NCBI GenBank assembly: GCA_017620475.1
Contig: JAFZQI010000021.1
Coordinates: forward strand, 3,063-67,062
DNA: 64,000 nucleotides
DNA from: Clostridiales bacterium
GTDB lineage: Bacteria > Bacillota > Clostridia > Saccharofermentanales > Saccharofermentanaceae
Reading direction: 5' to 3'
The notes beneath the pieces were generated by a model. The model saw only the letters and a program-made list of their open reading frames with translations. It was not told where the DNA came from and made no database searches. The first letter of the stretch is position 1. The number at the start of each line of letters is the position of its first letter. The position numbers were made by a program, and so were the translations under genes. Below are positions 50,958-61,467 of the stretch, piece after piece.

Positions 50958-52325
50958 ATGGGAAAACCAGTCGTAGCGATAGTCGGACGCCCGAATGTCG
51001 GGAAATCGTCACTTTTCAATGCGCTCTACGGTGAGCGGATCTCGATCGTGCACGACGAACCGGGTGTGACACGTGACCGTATCTATGCCGATTCGATCTG
51101 GCGTGAACGGGAATTTGTCATGATCGACACCGGCGGTATTGAGCCGAAGTCCGAAGATGTGATCCTCAAGGGCATGCGCATGCAGGCCGAGATCGCTATT
51201 GAGACGGCAGATGTCATCCTTTTCATGTGCGATATCCAGTCGGGACTTACCTCTGCGGACGAAGAGATCGCCATTATGCTCCGGAAAGCAAACCGGCCGG
51301 TGGTACTGGCTGTGAATAAAGTGGACCATGTAGGCGAGCCGCCGGCGGAGCTTTATGAGTTCTATAATCTGGGTCTGGGAGAGGTCTATCCGATCTCAGC
51401 TTCGCACCGCCTGGGACTGGGCGAGATGCTGGATGCCCTCTATGAGCATTTCCCGAAGGAATTAAGTGAAGAAGAGGAGAACGAGACCATTCGCGTGGCG
51501 CTCATCGGTAAGCCGAACGCCGGTAAATCCTCGCTTTCCAACTATATGACCGGAGAAGTGCGCTCTATCGTTTCCGATATCCCGGGAACGACGAGAGATG
51601 CTATCGATTCCCTGGTTGAGAATAAATATGGCAAGTTTACCATCGTTGATACCGCCGGACTTCGAAAGAAGGGCCGTATCGAGGATGCGGTGGAAAAATA
51701 CAGCATGATCCGTTCGCTGTCCGCCATCGAGAAGGCCAATGTCTGCGTCATTCTGATCGATGCCGTGGAGGGCGTGACCGAGCAGGACACGAAGGTGGCA
51801 GGTTATGCGCATAACGCCGGAAAGGCCTGTATCTTTGCGGTCAATAAGTGGGACCTGATCGAAAAGGAAACAGGTACGCTGGAGATGATGACGAAGATCC
51901 TTAAGGACCGTTTCGCTTTCATGGACTACGCTCCGGTCGTTTTTATTTCGGCCAAGACCGGACAGCGCGTCGATAAGCTTTTCGAGCAGATCAAGAGAGT
52001 TTACGAGAATGCGGGAAGACGCCTGAAGACGGGCGTGCTTAATGACCTGCTCACGGAGTGCGTGGCCATGGTGCCGACGCCGCAGGACAAGGGCAAGCAC
52101 CTCAAGATCTACTACGGCACGCAGGTGGCCGTGTATCCGCCACAGTTTGTGCTTTTCGTAAATGACCTGAATCTGAGCCATTTTTCGTATGAGAGATATC
52201 TGGAGAACCAGCTTCGTAAAAACTTTGATTTCGCCGGCACGCCGATACGAATATATCTGAGGGAAAAAGACAGGAAGAAAGATCTAAAACCAGAAGGGAA
52301 TGAAAATAAGTATGACAAAGATTGA
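50958..52325 (+). CDS. der: Ribosome-assembly GTPase Der (EngA)
   Basis: Two tandem G domains (GRPNVGKSSLFN and GKPNAGKSSLSN) and a KH-like C-terminus are present. The start is at 50958 with an AAAGGAG RBS. Confidence 0.95.
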   Translation: MGKPVVAIVGRPNVGKSSLFNALYGERISIVHDEPGVTRDRIYADSIWREREFVMIDTGGIEPKSEDVILKGMRMQAEIAIETADVILFMCDIQSGLTSADEEIAIMLRKANRPVVLAVNKVDHVGEPPAELYEFYNLGLGEVYPISASHRLGLGEMLDALYEHFPKELSEEEENETIRVALIGKPNAGKSSLSNYMTGEVRSIVSDIPGTTRDAIDSLVENKYGKFTIVDTAGLRKKGRIEDAVEKYSMIRSLSAIEKANVCVILIDAVEGVTEQDTKVAGYAHNAGKACIFAVNKWDLIEKETGTLEMMTKILKDRFAFMDYAPVVFISAKTGQRVDKLFEQIKRVYENAGRRLKTGVLNDLLTECVAMVPTPQDKGKHLKIYYGTQVAVYPPQFVLFVNDLNLSHFSYERYLENQLRKNFDFAGTPIRIYLREKDRKKDLKPEGNENKYDKD

Positions 52326-54153
52326 GAACCTGAGAAACATCGCCATTATCGCCCACGTTGACCATGGTAAGACCACGATCGTCGACTCCATGCTCAAGCA
52401 GGCGGGCATCTATAGAGAGAACGAGCAGATCGTCGAGCAGGTCATGGATAGTAATGACCTGGAGCGTGAGCGTGGTATCACGATCCTTGCGAAGAATACG
52501 GCGATCTCCTATAAGAACTATCGTATTAACGTGGTAGACACTCCCGGCCATGCGGACTTCGGCGGTGAAGTGGAGCGTGTTCTGAAGATGGTAGACGGCG
52601 TGCTTCTCGTGGTCGATGCGTATGACGGACCGATGCCGCAGACGCGTTTCGTTCTTCGAAAAGCACTGGAGATGGGACTGAAGCCGATCGTCTGCATCAA
52701 CAAGATCGACCGTCCGGACGAGCGTGCCATTGAGGTCGTGGATATGGTTCTCGAGCTTTTCATCGAGCTGGGCGCAGATGACGACCAGATCGATTTCCCG
52801 ATCATCTACACATCCGGTAAGGTCGGTATCGCAACGACGGATCTGCAGGAGTATATCGACGGCAAGGAACTGAATTTCTGCCCGCTTCTGGATGCCATCG
52901 TGGACAACATTCCCTGTCCGGAAGGTGATACCGAGGCTCCGCTGCAGCTTCTGGTTTCGAATATCGACTCGGATCCGTATATCGGACGTATCGCCATCGG
53001 CCGTATCGAGAGAGGTACGATCAAGCAGAATCAGCCGGTGGTGGTCTGCACCTATGATGACAACACAACGAAGAATGCCCGTATCGTGAAGCTTCTGCGC
53101 TTCCAGGGCCTGGCCCGTCAGGAGATCCAGGAGGCATCCGTAGGTGAGATCGTTTGCGTTGCGGGTATTCCGGAGATCAACATCGGCGATACCATCTGTG
53201 CGCAGGATTGCCCGGAACCGATGCCTTTTGTCGATATCGATGAGCCGACCATTGCCATGACGTTCTCCGTTAACGACAGCCCTTTTGCAGGACAGGACGG
53301 AAAATACGTAACATCCAGACATCTTCGTGACCGCCTTTTCAAGGAGATGGAGACCAATGTATCCATGCGTCTTGAGGAGACCGATACTACAGAGGCCTTC
53401 GTGGTCAAGGGAAGAGGCGAGCTGCACCTTTCCATCCTCATTGAGACCATGCGCCGTGAAGGATACGAATTCCAGGTATCCCGTCCGCAGGTCATCATGA
53501 AGGATGTGGATGGCGTGAAGTGCGAGCCGGTGGAGATGCTCCTTATTGACGTGCCGGAAGAATTCGTCGGTGCTGTTATTGAGAAGCTCGGCGCAAGAAA
53601 AGCGGAGATGGTCAACATGTTCCCGCCGGAGAAAGGTTATACCCGTCTGGAGTTCAAAGTTCCGTCCAGAGGTATCCTCGGCTATCGTACCGAGTTTTTG
53701 ACCGACACTAAGGGCAATGGTATAATGAACAGCGTAATCAGCGGATTTGAGCCGTTTGCAGGCGAGATCGAGACACGCTCCCACGGTGTGCTGGTCGCAT
53801 TTGAGAGCGGTGAGGCCATGACCTATGGTCTTTACAATGCACAGGAAAGAGGTCAGCTCTTTATCGGTGCGGGCACGCCGGTCTATGAGGGCATGATCGT
53901 CGGTATCAACCCGAAGAATGAGGATATCACGGTCAATGTCTGCAAGAAGAAGCACGTTACCAACATGCGTGCCGCCGGTTCCGACGATGCGCTGCGTCTG
54001 ACACCTCCGCTGAATTACAGCCTCGAGCAGTGCCTCGAGTTTGTCGGCGACGATGAGCTTTGCGAAGTTACACCGAAGAATATCCGTCTTCGTAAGAAGA
54101 TCCTCTCTACGGAACTTCGTGCTAAGGATCGTGCCGCCAAGAAGAACAGCTGA
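52312..54153 (+). CDS. typA: Translational GTPase TypA/BipA
   Basis: [22 protein letters not shown]... shows an EF-G-like domain pattern throughout. An alternative ATG lies at 52300. Confidence 0.95.
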   Translation: MTKIENLRNIAIIAHVDHGKTTIVDSMLKQAGIYRENEQIVEQVMDSNDLERERGITILAKNTAISYKNYRINVVDTPGHADFGGEVERVLKMVDGVLLVVDAYDGPMPQTRFVLRKALEMGLKPIVCINKIDRPDERAIEVVDMVLELFIELGADDDQIDFPIIYTSGKVGIATTDLQEYIDGKELNFCPLLDAIVDNIPCPEGDTEAPLQLLVSNIDSDPYIGRIAIGRIERGTIKQNQPVVVCTYDDNTTKNARIVKLLRFQGLARQEIQEASVGEIVCVAGIPEINIGDTICAQDCPEPMPFVDIDEPTIAMTFSVNDSPFAGQDGKYVTSRHLRDRLFKEMETNVSMRLEETDTTEAFVVKGRGELHLSILIETMRREGYEFQVSRPQVIMKDVDGVKCEPVEMLLIDVPEEFVGAVIEKLGARKAEMVNMFPPEKGYTRLEFKVPSRGILGYRTEFLTDTKGNGIMNSVISGFEPFAGEIETRSHGVLVAFESGEAMTYGLYNAQERGQLFIGAGTPVYEGMIVGINPKNEDITVNVCKKKHVTNMRAAGSDDALRLTPPLNYSLEQCLEFVGDDELCEVTPKNIRLRKKILSTELRAKDRAAKKNS

Positions 54154-54262
54154 TATCCGCTGAGTTCCGGCTTGATGCCGGGCGGCAGGGAAGAGAAAAA
54201 GGAAACGGCGACAGTGCTTTTCGTAAAGGAAAGAAGGCGGCCGTAAAGGAGATAGGGACGTC

Positions 54263-55435
54263 ATGTTCTCGAGAAAAGTATCGATTGCATTGCGTGTGCT
54301 GATTGTGGTGACGGCGCTGATCGTGTGTGGCGTGATCGGCGTGTTCCTCGGCTACAACTATGTCATGTCCCAGAATGCCCGGTTTAAGAATCTGGAGAAG
54401 TCGATCACCAACGGCGATCTGGTCATTAATCAGGATACGCCCGGTGCCGTCATGATCGTGATCCGTTCGGGTGATACGACCGGAGATATTGCCGAGAACC
54501 TTAAGAATGCGGGACTGATCAAAAATACCCTGACGTTTTCCATCATGAGCAAGTTCAATGGCTTTGACGGCGGGTATCTGGCCGGTACGCATTTTCTGAC
54601 GCCGGATCTTACCTACGATGAGATGATGTACCTTCTTTGCCAGGAGCCGGAAGTGGTCCGTATTACTTTCCCGGAAGGTATTACGTATCAGGGTATCAAG
54701 GAAAAACTCAAGAAGGCCGGCCTTTCCTTTAACGAGAAGCATCTCGATGAGTGCATGAACAGCCCGGATCTTTTCGTTAACTATTCTTTCGTATCGGCGA
54801 TCTCGACCAACGAAGACCGTGACTTTATCCTGAGCGGTTATCTGTTCCCGGATACTTACGATTTCGATATGAATGCCAGTGAGGAGGAGATCATCTCCAC
54901 CTTCCTGCGGAATATGAATAACAAACTGTACGATGAGTTCTATGAGCGTGCCGCGAAACTCGGTATGAGCATGGATGAGGTCATTACGCTTGCCTCCCTG
55001 ATTCAGATGGAGACCACGGATAAGACGGACATGCTTTATATCTCGGCGGTCTTCCATAACCGTTTGAATTCCGAGGATCCGGATATGCAGTTCCTGGGTT
55101 CTTGTGCGTCGATCAATTACCTGCGTGAAAAGGCGGGTATGAGCCATGTTTGGGCGGCGACGTCGCAGGATCTGGAATGGGATAATCCTTATAACACATA
55201 CTATTACAGAGGGCTCCCGCCGGGACCGATCTGTATGCCCAGTCTTGATGCGATCCAGGCGGCGCTTTATCCGGAGCCGAACTGCAACTTCATGTATTTC
55301 TGTGCCAAGGGCGATGGACATACGGCGTTTGCGATGACGAAGGAAGAGCACGAGGAAAACGTCGAGAAGTATAAGGATAACTGGAACGATAATGCGGTCA
55401 TCGAGGATGAGGGCCCGATGGGTGATGAGGGCTGA
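54263..55435 (+). CDS. mltG: Endolytic murein transglycosylase MltG (YceG-like)
   Basis: An N-terminal TM anchor and the YceG pattern (...ASLIQMET...VFHNRL......LGSCASINY...YNTY...GLPPGPICMPS) are present. Confidence 0.85.
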   Translation: MFSRKVSIALRVLIVVTALIVCGVIGVFLGYNYVMSQNARFKNLEKSITNGDLVINQDTPGAVMIVIRSGDTTGDIAENLKNAGLIKNTLTFSIMSKFNGFDGGYLAGTHFLTPDLTYDEMMYLLCQEPEVVRITFPEGITYQGIKEKLKKAGLSFNEKHLDECMNSPDLFVNYSFVSAISTNEDRDFILSGYLFPDTYDFDMNASEEEIISTFLRNMNNKLYDEFYERAAKLGMSMDEVITLASLIQMETTDKTDMLYISAVFHNRLNSEDPDMQFLGSCASINYLREKAGMSHVWAATSQDLEWDNPYNTYYYRGLPPGPICMPSLDAIQAALYPEPNCNFMYFCAKGDGHTAFAMTKEEHEENVEKYKDNWNDNAVIEDEGPMGDEG

Positions 55436-55513
55436 TTCCTTGCGAAAAGCACTGTTGCCTGTGATTCGGCCGCGGGTCGTTGTGCAGGCTGTTTCGGAGA
55501 AAGGTTTGATCAG

Positions 55514-56803
55514 ATGAGTATGGGAATGCGTGCGCCGGAGGTCCTTGCACCGGCAGGGAATCTGGAAAAACTCAAGACGGCGGTTGCTTATGGTGCGGAT
55601 GCGGTGTATATGTCCGGCAAGTCTTTCGGCCTTCGGACTTTTTCTGATAACTTTACCCATGATGAAATGAAAGAAGGCGTGGAATATGCCCACGCGCACG
55701 GTGTGAAGTGCTATTGTACCGTGAATGTCATGGCCCACGAGGACGATATTTCCCGGCTGGATGAGGAAATTCTTTTCCTGTCTTCGATCGGTATGGATGC
55801 GGTCATTGTTTCCGATGCCGGTATTTTCCGAAAGGTCAGAAAACTTACGCCGGATATGGAGATCCATATCAGCACGCAGGCAAGTGTAACGAACAGTGAG
55901 GGCTGTATGTTCTGGTATGAGCAGGGCGCTAAGCGCGTCGTGCTGGCTCGTGAACTGACGCTGGAGGAGATCCGGAAGATCCGCGCGGCGGTGCCTTCGG
56001 ATCTGGAGCTGGAGTGCTTCGTCCATGGTGCGATGTGTGTGTCTTACTCGGGGCGCTGCCTGCTTTCGAATTACTTTACCGGGCGTTCCGCCAATTCCGG
56101 TTCCTGTGCCCAGCCCTGCCGCTGGGGCTACTATGTGGTGGAGGAGAAGCGCCTGGAGGCGCCGCTTCCGATCCAGGAGGACGAGCGTGGTACGTATATC
56201 TTTAATTCCAAGGATATCTGCATGATCGGTCATATTCCGGAGCTCGTCGCGGCGGGGATCACAAGCTTTAAGATCGAAGGCCGTATCAAGGGTGCCTTCT
56301 ACGCGGCATCGGTTACGAAGGCGTACCGCGAGGCTGTGGATCTTTATATGGCCGATCCGGAAGGGTATGCCGAGGATCCGCGATGGCAGGCGCTTCTGGA
56401 TCGTACTGTCCATCGTGAATTCGCTACCGGTTTCTTCTACGATAAGCCCGGCGAGAACGCCCAGATCTTCCCGGATAAGACTTACCACCGCCCGGCTTTT
56501 GTTGTGGGCGTTGTGACCGGCTATGATGAGGAGAAGGGCTGCGCGATCGTAAGCCAGAGGAATAAGATCTTCCGTGGAGATACGCTGCATGTGCTGCTGC
56601 CGGAAGGCTACTGCGAACCGATCACGGCCGAAGTGCTTTTCGATGAGAACGGGGAGCCGATCGAGTCTACACCGCATGCGGAGATGACGTATTACCTGAA
56701 GGTCGATAAGCCCCTGCCGGCATACTCCTTCTTAAGCCGCGACGGCGATAAGGACGAAGGGATCTTTGCTTCAGGAGAGCAGCCGGCCCAGACGAAGCCC
56801 TGA
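55514..56803 (+). CDS. Peptidase U32 family protein
   Basis: The family pattern (ELLAP-like VLAPAGN..., DAVY...FGLR, E.FVHGAMC.SYSG.C..S, SANSG.C.Q.CRW) is present. Confidence 0.85.
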   Translation: MSMGMRAPEVLAPAGNLEKLKTAVAYGADAVYMSGKSFGLRTFSDNFTHDEMKEGVEYAHAHGVKCYCTVNVMAHEDDISRLDEEILFLSSIGMDAVIVSDAGIFRKVRKLTPDMEIHISTQASVTNSEGCMFWYEQGAKRVVLARELTLEEIRKIRAAVPSDLELECFVHGAMCVSYSGRCLLSNYFTGRSANSGSCAQPCRWGYYVVEEKRLEAPLPIQEDERGTYIFNSKDICMIGHIPELVAAGITSFKIEGRIKGAFYAASVTKAYREAVDLYMADPEGYAEDPRWQALLDRTVHREFATGFFYDKPGENAQIFPDKTYHRPAFVVGVVTGYDEEKGCAIVSQRNKIFRGDTLHVLLPEGYCEPITAEVLFDENGEPIESTPHAEMTYYLKVDKPLPAYSFLSRDGDKDEGIFASGEQPAQTKP

Positions 56804-56859
56804 TTATCTATCTAAGATGAAGCTCTGATTTTGCTTATTTCTGAATATGCTCAAGCTTT

Positions 56860-56891
56860 GCCCGCGCTAATCCCTTAGACGCGGGCGTTTT
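56860..56891 (+). terminator. Rho-independent terminator after the U32 peptidase gene
   Basis: GCCCGCG (56860-56866) and CGCGGGC (56880-56886) form a stem, followed by GTTTT. Confidence 0.7.
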
Positions 56892-56934
56892 CTAGCAGGT
56901 TCAGCATGCTATAATCGTAAATGGGAGAGAAAAA

Positions 56935-57002
56935 TGTTAGACTGACGAAAATGTGTGACTAACGACACTGTGAAACTGACGACGTTGTGAAACTGACGAA
57001 AG
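56935..57002. repeat. Four tandem 17-bp repeats (TGTnnrACTrACGAnnn) in the yccF leader
   Basis: The units are at 56935-56951, 56952-56968, 56969-56985 and 56986-57002. They lie downstream of a TGCTATAAT extended -10 at 56907-56915 and upstream of the GTG start at 57036. Confidence 0.9.
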
Positions 57003-57035
57003 CCTATTTTGAATAGACGAAAGAAGGGGATAATA

Positions 57036-57440
57036 GTGAAAACATTCGGAAATATACTTTGGATTTTGCTTGGTGGCTGGCTCTGCGCACTTTCCTGGCT
57101 CATCGCCGGGTGCCTGTGGTGCATCACGATCGTTGGCGCTCCGGTGGGCATCCAGTGCTTCAAGTTCGCGGCGCTCTCATTCCTGCCGTTCGGCAAAAAG
57201 GTTGAAAATGAAGGGGGAAGCGTATCTTGCCTTCTTAATGTGATCTGGTTCTTCGTGTCCGGCCTGGAGCTCGCGCTCGAGCATTTCCTGCTCGGTTTGA
57301 TCCTCTGTATAACGATTGTCGGTATTCCGTTCGGCAAGCAGTACTTCAAGCTCGCGCACCTCTCGCTCGCGCCGTTCGGGAAGAAGATCACAAACGGAGA
57401 TCACAGCACCAAAAACGATGGAAATGTGTATATCTCATAA
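57036..57440 (+). CDS. YccF-domain inner membrane protein
   Basis: The GTG at 57036 follows a GAAGGGGA RBS. Two YccF-like repeats are present (ILWILLGGW...CITIVGAPVG and NVIWFFVSG...CITIVGIPFG). Confidence 0.75.
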   Translation: MKTFGNILWILLGGWLCALSWLIAGCLWCITIVGAPVGIQCFKFAALSFLPFGKKVENEGGSVSCLLNVIWFFVSGLELALEHFLLGLILCITIVGIPFGKQYFKLAHLSLAPFGKKITNGDHSTKNDGNVYIS

Positions 57441-57447
57441 AGAATGA

Positions 57448-57503
57448 CCACTCTTCCACTCAAACAGTTTTGCTTCGCAAAAACTCGTGGCCGAGTGGTT
57501 TTT
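57448..57503 (+). terminator. Long compound hairpin terminator after yccF
   Basis: CCACTC-tt-CCAC-...-GTTTTGC-ttc-GCAAAAC-tc-GTGG-cc-GAGTGG is followed by TTTTT. Confidence 0.6.
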
Positions 57504-57564
57504 CAATATGCGCTGAACTGGCTCACTATAAAGATGATTTTAGACTTTCATGCCTAAGTAACAG

Positions 57565-57870
57565 CGGTTGACTGACCAACCGCGATAAGTGTAGCAGTTT
57601 GGTCAGCTGAGGAATCGTGCTTCTTACTGGACACGGCTGACTAAGGGTAAAGGAAAACCAGATTTGGTATGCTGGAAGGCAGAGGCACAGTGCTTTTCAA
57701 GCAGAAAACGGCTGACCAACGATAAAGATTTAGGTCATTTGGTATGCCGGATCAAGTGAATAGCTGCCGGTCTTCGATGAATCAGCATACTAAACGCTCG
57801 AAAAACGTAGTCCGGTAAGCCGTGCCAGCTGACCAAATCCTTGATTTGAGGGCACTTAGTCAGTTCAGGA
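57565..57870. repeat. Array of about four degenerate units of the CTGACCAA...TTTGGT(CAG/ATGC) hairpin repeat family
   Basis: CTGACCAA/CTGACTAA cores lie at 57572, 57637, 57712 and 57830, and TTTGGT-type partners at 57598, 57664, 57738 and 57855. The first three unit spacings are about 65-75 bp; the last is about 118 bp. The orientation is inverted relative to the units at 37916-38100. Confidence 0.65.
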
Positions 57871-57923
57871 AATAATTGTCAGTTCGTGTAATAATCGGTT
57901 AGTTCGGGTAATAAGTGGTTTTA

Positions 57924-59444
57924 TTACTCTTCGGTTTCTTCCGAAGAATCTTCATCAGACAAGGCGCTCTCATCGATCTCAGTACCTTCGGCTGTCGCAG
58001 GTTTCGGACTATTCTTCTTGTTTTTTCCGGCTTTCTGATTCTTCGCACGCTCCCGCATCTTGGCGGTGCTGTCTTTGAGGACCTGGCTGAGCTTCGGGCG
58101 GTCGGAATCATCACTCTTTTCAGAAGGCTCTTTCGGCTCTTTTCCCACATTCTTCTTATCCTCTTCGTCATCGCTCTCGGCCATGCGGTTCAGGAGGCCT
58201 TCGATGAAGCGGCGGAGCTTCTTGTCAAGGGAGAAGACCTTCATGGTCTGCATTACGACGATCATGCAGACAGGCCCGATGAGGAAGCCCAGGGCACCCC
58301 AGACATAGACACCAATGATCATGCCGAGGATGGTGGCCAGCGGGTGGAGGTTCAGGGACTTTCCGAGGATCCTCGGCTCGATGGTCTGGCGGATGATGGT
58401 CATGAGCGTCATACCGACGATGAGGACGATAAGTGCGGTGTAATTGCCTTGTGCGGTCACGTAGACCATCATCGGGATCATGGTGGCGCTGATGCCCAGT
58501 ACAGGCAGGAAATCCAGGAATGCCGTAATAAAGGCAAAGATGGCCGCGTATTTGACGCCGGCGATCTTAAAGACGATCCAGGACTCGATGAAGGTGATGA
58601 TAAGAAGTACCATATAGCCGCCGAGCACACGGAAAAGCGTGAAGGACAGACGGTCCAGAAGACGGAGCGTCCGCATGCGGAAACGGCGGTTCTTGATGTT
58701 GTTGGCGAAGAAACGCATCATGGAGCGGCCGTCTGTGATGAAGTAGTAACCGGACATGATGACGGCGATGATGTAGAAGATCACCATCGGGATACTGCTG
58801 AGCATGGAAAGAAGGGAACCGGCGAGATACTGGAAAATATCAAAGAGGTTTCCGCCGAGGTTCTCCACTACGGAATAGGCGTTTTCACGGATCGTGTCGA
58901 TCGTCGCCGCATCGAAGAAACGGGACAGGTAAGTCAGGGCATTTTCAATGGCATTGGAGGCCATATCGGAAATGGACGTGTTGTTTTCCGCCATATCCGC
59001 TGTGAGTTTCTGTACATAACTCAGGGCATTGGATACCTGAATGGCCAGCGCGCCGACCGCCCAGATGGCACCCAGAAAAACGAAGATGAGAAGACAAACA
59101 TATACGAGGATCGTCACACGGGTGCGCTGAGAATAGCGTTTCTCACCCATGGCCGGCAGGAAGAAACGGACGATGCGGTTCGGCTTCTTTGTCTCCGGTG
59201 CGGGGATGTATTTGTGTGACTCGGTGATCTTCTTTTTGTGGCGGCGCTCAGGGATACGAAGGATCGCATCGGCAATGGTTCGGGAGGCCTTGGCCAGAAC
59301 GAAGCCGATCAGGAAGGGAATGAAGATCACGATGATCTTGCTGGCAAAGTAAAGAAGTGCCGCAATGATCGCCGCGAAAAGCAGATATTTCACGGTCGCC
59401 ATGACGGTGGCGCGGTCCTTGAGATACTTGGCGTTATGGTCCAT
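57924..59444 (-). CDS. AI-2E family transporter (YtvI/PerM-like) with a charged C-terminal tail
   Basis: The ATG at 59444 follows an AAAGGAGG RBS. The protein is polytopic with the AI-2E pattern, and the last ~100 aa are Lys/Glu/Asp/Ser-rich. Confidence 0.85.
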   Translation of the reverse strand: MDHNAKYLKDRATVMATVKYLLFAAIIAALLYFASKIIVIFIPFLIGFVLAKASRTIADAILRIPERRHKKKITESHKYIPAPETKKPNRIVRFFLPAMGEKRYSQRTRVTILVYVCLLIFVFLGAIWAVGALAIQVSNALSYVQKLTADMAENNTSISDMASNAIENALTYLSRFFDAATIDTIRENAYSVVENLGGNLFDIFQYLAGSLLSMLSSIPMVIFYIIAVIMSGYYFITDGRSMMRFFANNIKNRRFRMRTLRLLDRLSFTLFRVLGGYMVLLIITFIESWIVFKIAGVKYAAIFAFITAFLDFLPVLGISATMIPMMVYVTAQGNYTALIVLIVGMTLMTIIRQTIEPRILGKSLNLHPLATILGMIIGVYVWGALGFLIGPVCMIVVMQTMKVFSLDKKLRRFIEGLLNRMAESDDEEDKKNVGKEPKEPSEKSDDSDRPKLSQVLKDSTAKMRERAKNQKAGKNKKNSPKPATAEGTEIDESALSDEDSSEETEE

Positions 59445-59455
59445 ATGTGCCTCCT

Positions 59456-60469
59456 TTATGACATGATCCAGCAAAGGATCAAAAAGGCGATCCCGAAGAA
59501 GAGATCCAGGTGAAACTGCTCGCGAAGCGGGATCTTCAGAGCCTTTCCTTCCTCGGATTCACATTTGAGGTCTTCGTTTTTCTGAAGGTAGTGAAGGATA
59601 TGCATTTGTTTAATCAGAACGATCAGCATGACGACCCCCAATACAAGGGCGATCAGCGAGGCATAAAGGGTTGTCCGGGTATAGTCCATGGCGTTTTGGA
59701 CGGCGTCGGGATCCTGAATGGTGATGATCCGCGACAGAAGGGTCCTTGCGCAGAAAAGCCCGATACGCGTGAGACAGGAACATAACGTACTGTCGGTGAG
59801 GTAGCGGACACAGGAACAGCAGAGGCCGATGACCAGAAGTGCCGGAAATTCAAGACGGTTAATGGCAAAAAGGGTGCTCAGAAGGGCAGGAAGCGGGATA
59901 CGTATCCACCAGCGGTCCGGAAGGACGGCGTAGAGAAGTCCCCGGAAGAACAGTTCCTCGATCAGGATCGGAAGCAGGATCCCGATGACCAGAAGCAGAA
60001 GAACTCCGTAAATGGATTCTTCGGAAGTGACATAGTAGTAGAACTGCCTTGGGATGGGGTTTTCCATCCGAAGTTCAAAGTAGATGAAGAAATTGTGCAC
60101 GGAAGCGGACAAAAGCATGGCCGGCACGCCCACGAGAAAACTGATGAAGAAGCCGCCGAGTCCCGGGTTTCTGCCCCAGGTGTGGTGTTCCTTTACCTTA
60201 TAGTGCTCGGTGACCAGTACATAGACCAGAAGAAGTGCCAGCAGCCGGAAAAGAGTGATCAGTGTATAACCGATCAGAGAAGTCTTCGAGAAAAAGAGCT
60301 TTTCCTGCGGAATCCGGATCCACACCATCTGGAGAAGATAGGATAACCCGAAGGCGCCCAGCAGCACCACCCCGAGGTTCGGGATAGATGAGGGGAGAAT
60401 AAAAGGCAGGATGTAGTCGCTTAGGACCGATCCGGCGCTGAGGTTTTTACGTGGTGAAGGCTCCTGCAT
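59456..60469 (-). CDS. CPBP-family intramembrane metalloprotease
   Basis: The EELFFRGLLY motif and a polytopic profile are present, with an AGGGGG RBS. Confidence 0.8.
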   Translation of the reverse strand: MQEPSPRKNLSAGSVLSDYILPFILPSSIPNLGVVLLGAFGLSYLLQMVWIRIPQEKLFFSKTSLIGYTLITLFRLLALLLVYVLVTEHYKVKEHHTWGRNPGLGGFFISFLVGVPAMLLSASVHNFFIYFELRMENPIPRQFYYYVTSEESIYGVLLLLVIGILLPILIEELFFRGLLYAVLPDRWWIRIPLPALLSTLFAINRLEFPALLVIGLCCSCVRYLTDSTLCSCLTRIGLFCARTLLSRIITIQDPDAVQNAMDYTRTTLYASLIALVLGVVMLIVLIKQMHILHYLQKNEDLKCESEEGKALKIPLREQFHLDLFFGIAFLILCWIMS

Positions 60470-60480
60470 CAGAATGCCCC

Positions 60481-61350
60481 CTATAGCGTAGCGAAATATC
60501 TCTCGAAAATCGGGAGAAAATACGGCTCATACAGCAGGAAAAGAACTGTTCCGAGGACCAGAAACGGACCGAATGCCAGATAGTCAGGGTCGTCAGCGAA
60601 GTGCATCTCGCGCTTCTTCTTGGCGAGGATCTTTCTGGCTTTGGCCGGATCGGGGCTCTCGCGGATCTCTTTTTCTTCTTTGGCGATGCGCATACGCTTA
60701 CGTATCAGCATGGGTACGGCGACAACGCCGGCGGTGATGAAGGCGATGAAGAGTACGAAGATCAGGCCTTTGAGCCCGGAAAGCAAGCCGCAGAGGAACA
60801 GAAGCTTAACATCACCCATGCCCATGGCCTCGGTTTTTGCAATGGCCGAGGAGATGACTCCGATCAGGAAGAGAATGCCGCTGCCGGCAATGGCGGCAAT
60901 GACACGGTTCAAGATGAAGTAGTACCAGGGCTTAGAAGGATCGATCCAGATATTACCAACGGCAAAATCCACTACAAAATAGAGGACTGCCAGCGCGATG
61001 TTCAGGATAATGATGTGGTCGGGAATGATACGGTTAAGTGTATCGGACATGATGATGACGGTAAAGCCCGGAAATGTAAGCAACAGAGCCAGGACGCGGA
61101 GCCAGTTGTTCGCACTGAGAAAGTCCGGATACATGGCGGCGCTGATAAAAACCAGAACTGCGTATATCACGGCAAAAATGGCGATGTGATAGGGCTTGAG
61201 GCGCTTGGCCAGACGAACATTGTCTGCCTTCGGGTCGAAATCGTAGTCCTGAAGCCAGGCTTCAGGCATTTTGTTGAACATAAAGAAAGCCGGAACGGCC
61301 ATGAGTGCTGCAATCAGGGCAAGAACAATGGTTTGTGTCGTACAGGTCAT
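60481..61350 (-). CDS. A24-family prepilin peptidase-like membrane protein
   Basis: The DTLNRIIPD and GMGDVKL aspartate motifs and FGPFL near the C-terminus are present, with a GGGAGGA RBS. Confidence 0.7.
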   Translation of the reverse strand: MTCTTQTIVLALIAALMAVPAFFMFNKMPEAWLQDYDFDPKADNVRLAKRLKPYHIAIFAVIYAVLVFISAAMYPDFLSANNWLRVLALLLTFPGFTVIIMSDTLNRIIPDHIIILNIALAVLYFVVDFAVGNIWIDPSKPWYYFILNRVIAAIAGSGILFLIGVISSAIAKTEAMGMGDVKLLFLCGLLSGLKGLIFVLFIAFITAGVVAVPMLIRKRMRIAKEEKEIRESPDPAKARKILAKKKREMHFADDPDYLAFGPFLVLGTVLFLLYEPYFLPIFERYFATL

Positions 61351-61467
61351 GCTTTTCCTCCCGAAAAATCCTATATATAAGAATACATTGATTTGCAGAA
61401 ATTGTGAAGTCTGCTAAAATAGCAAATGGGTTTTTGAAAACCAAAGGGGAAAAGGAGGTGCATCGTT

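Noticed and set aside
57565-57870. Possible CRISPR array, suggested by repeat cores that recur about every 65-75 bp (with a similar pattern at 37916-38100).
   Set aside because: The repeat units are degenerate rather than near-identical. Their variable part is the hairpin loop, not a spacer between conserved repeats. The orientation flips between loci, and there are no cas genes in the window.
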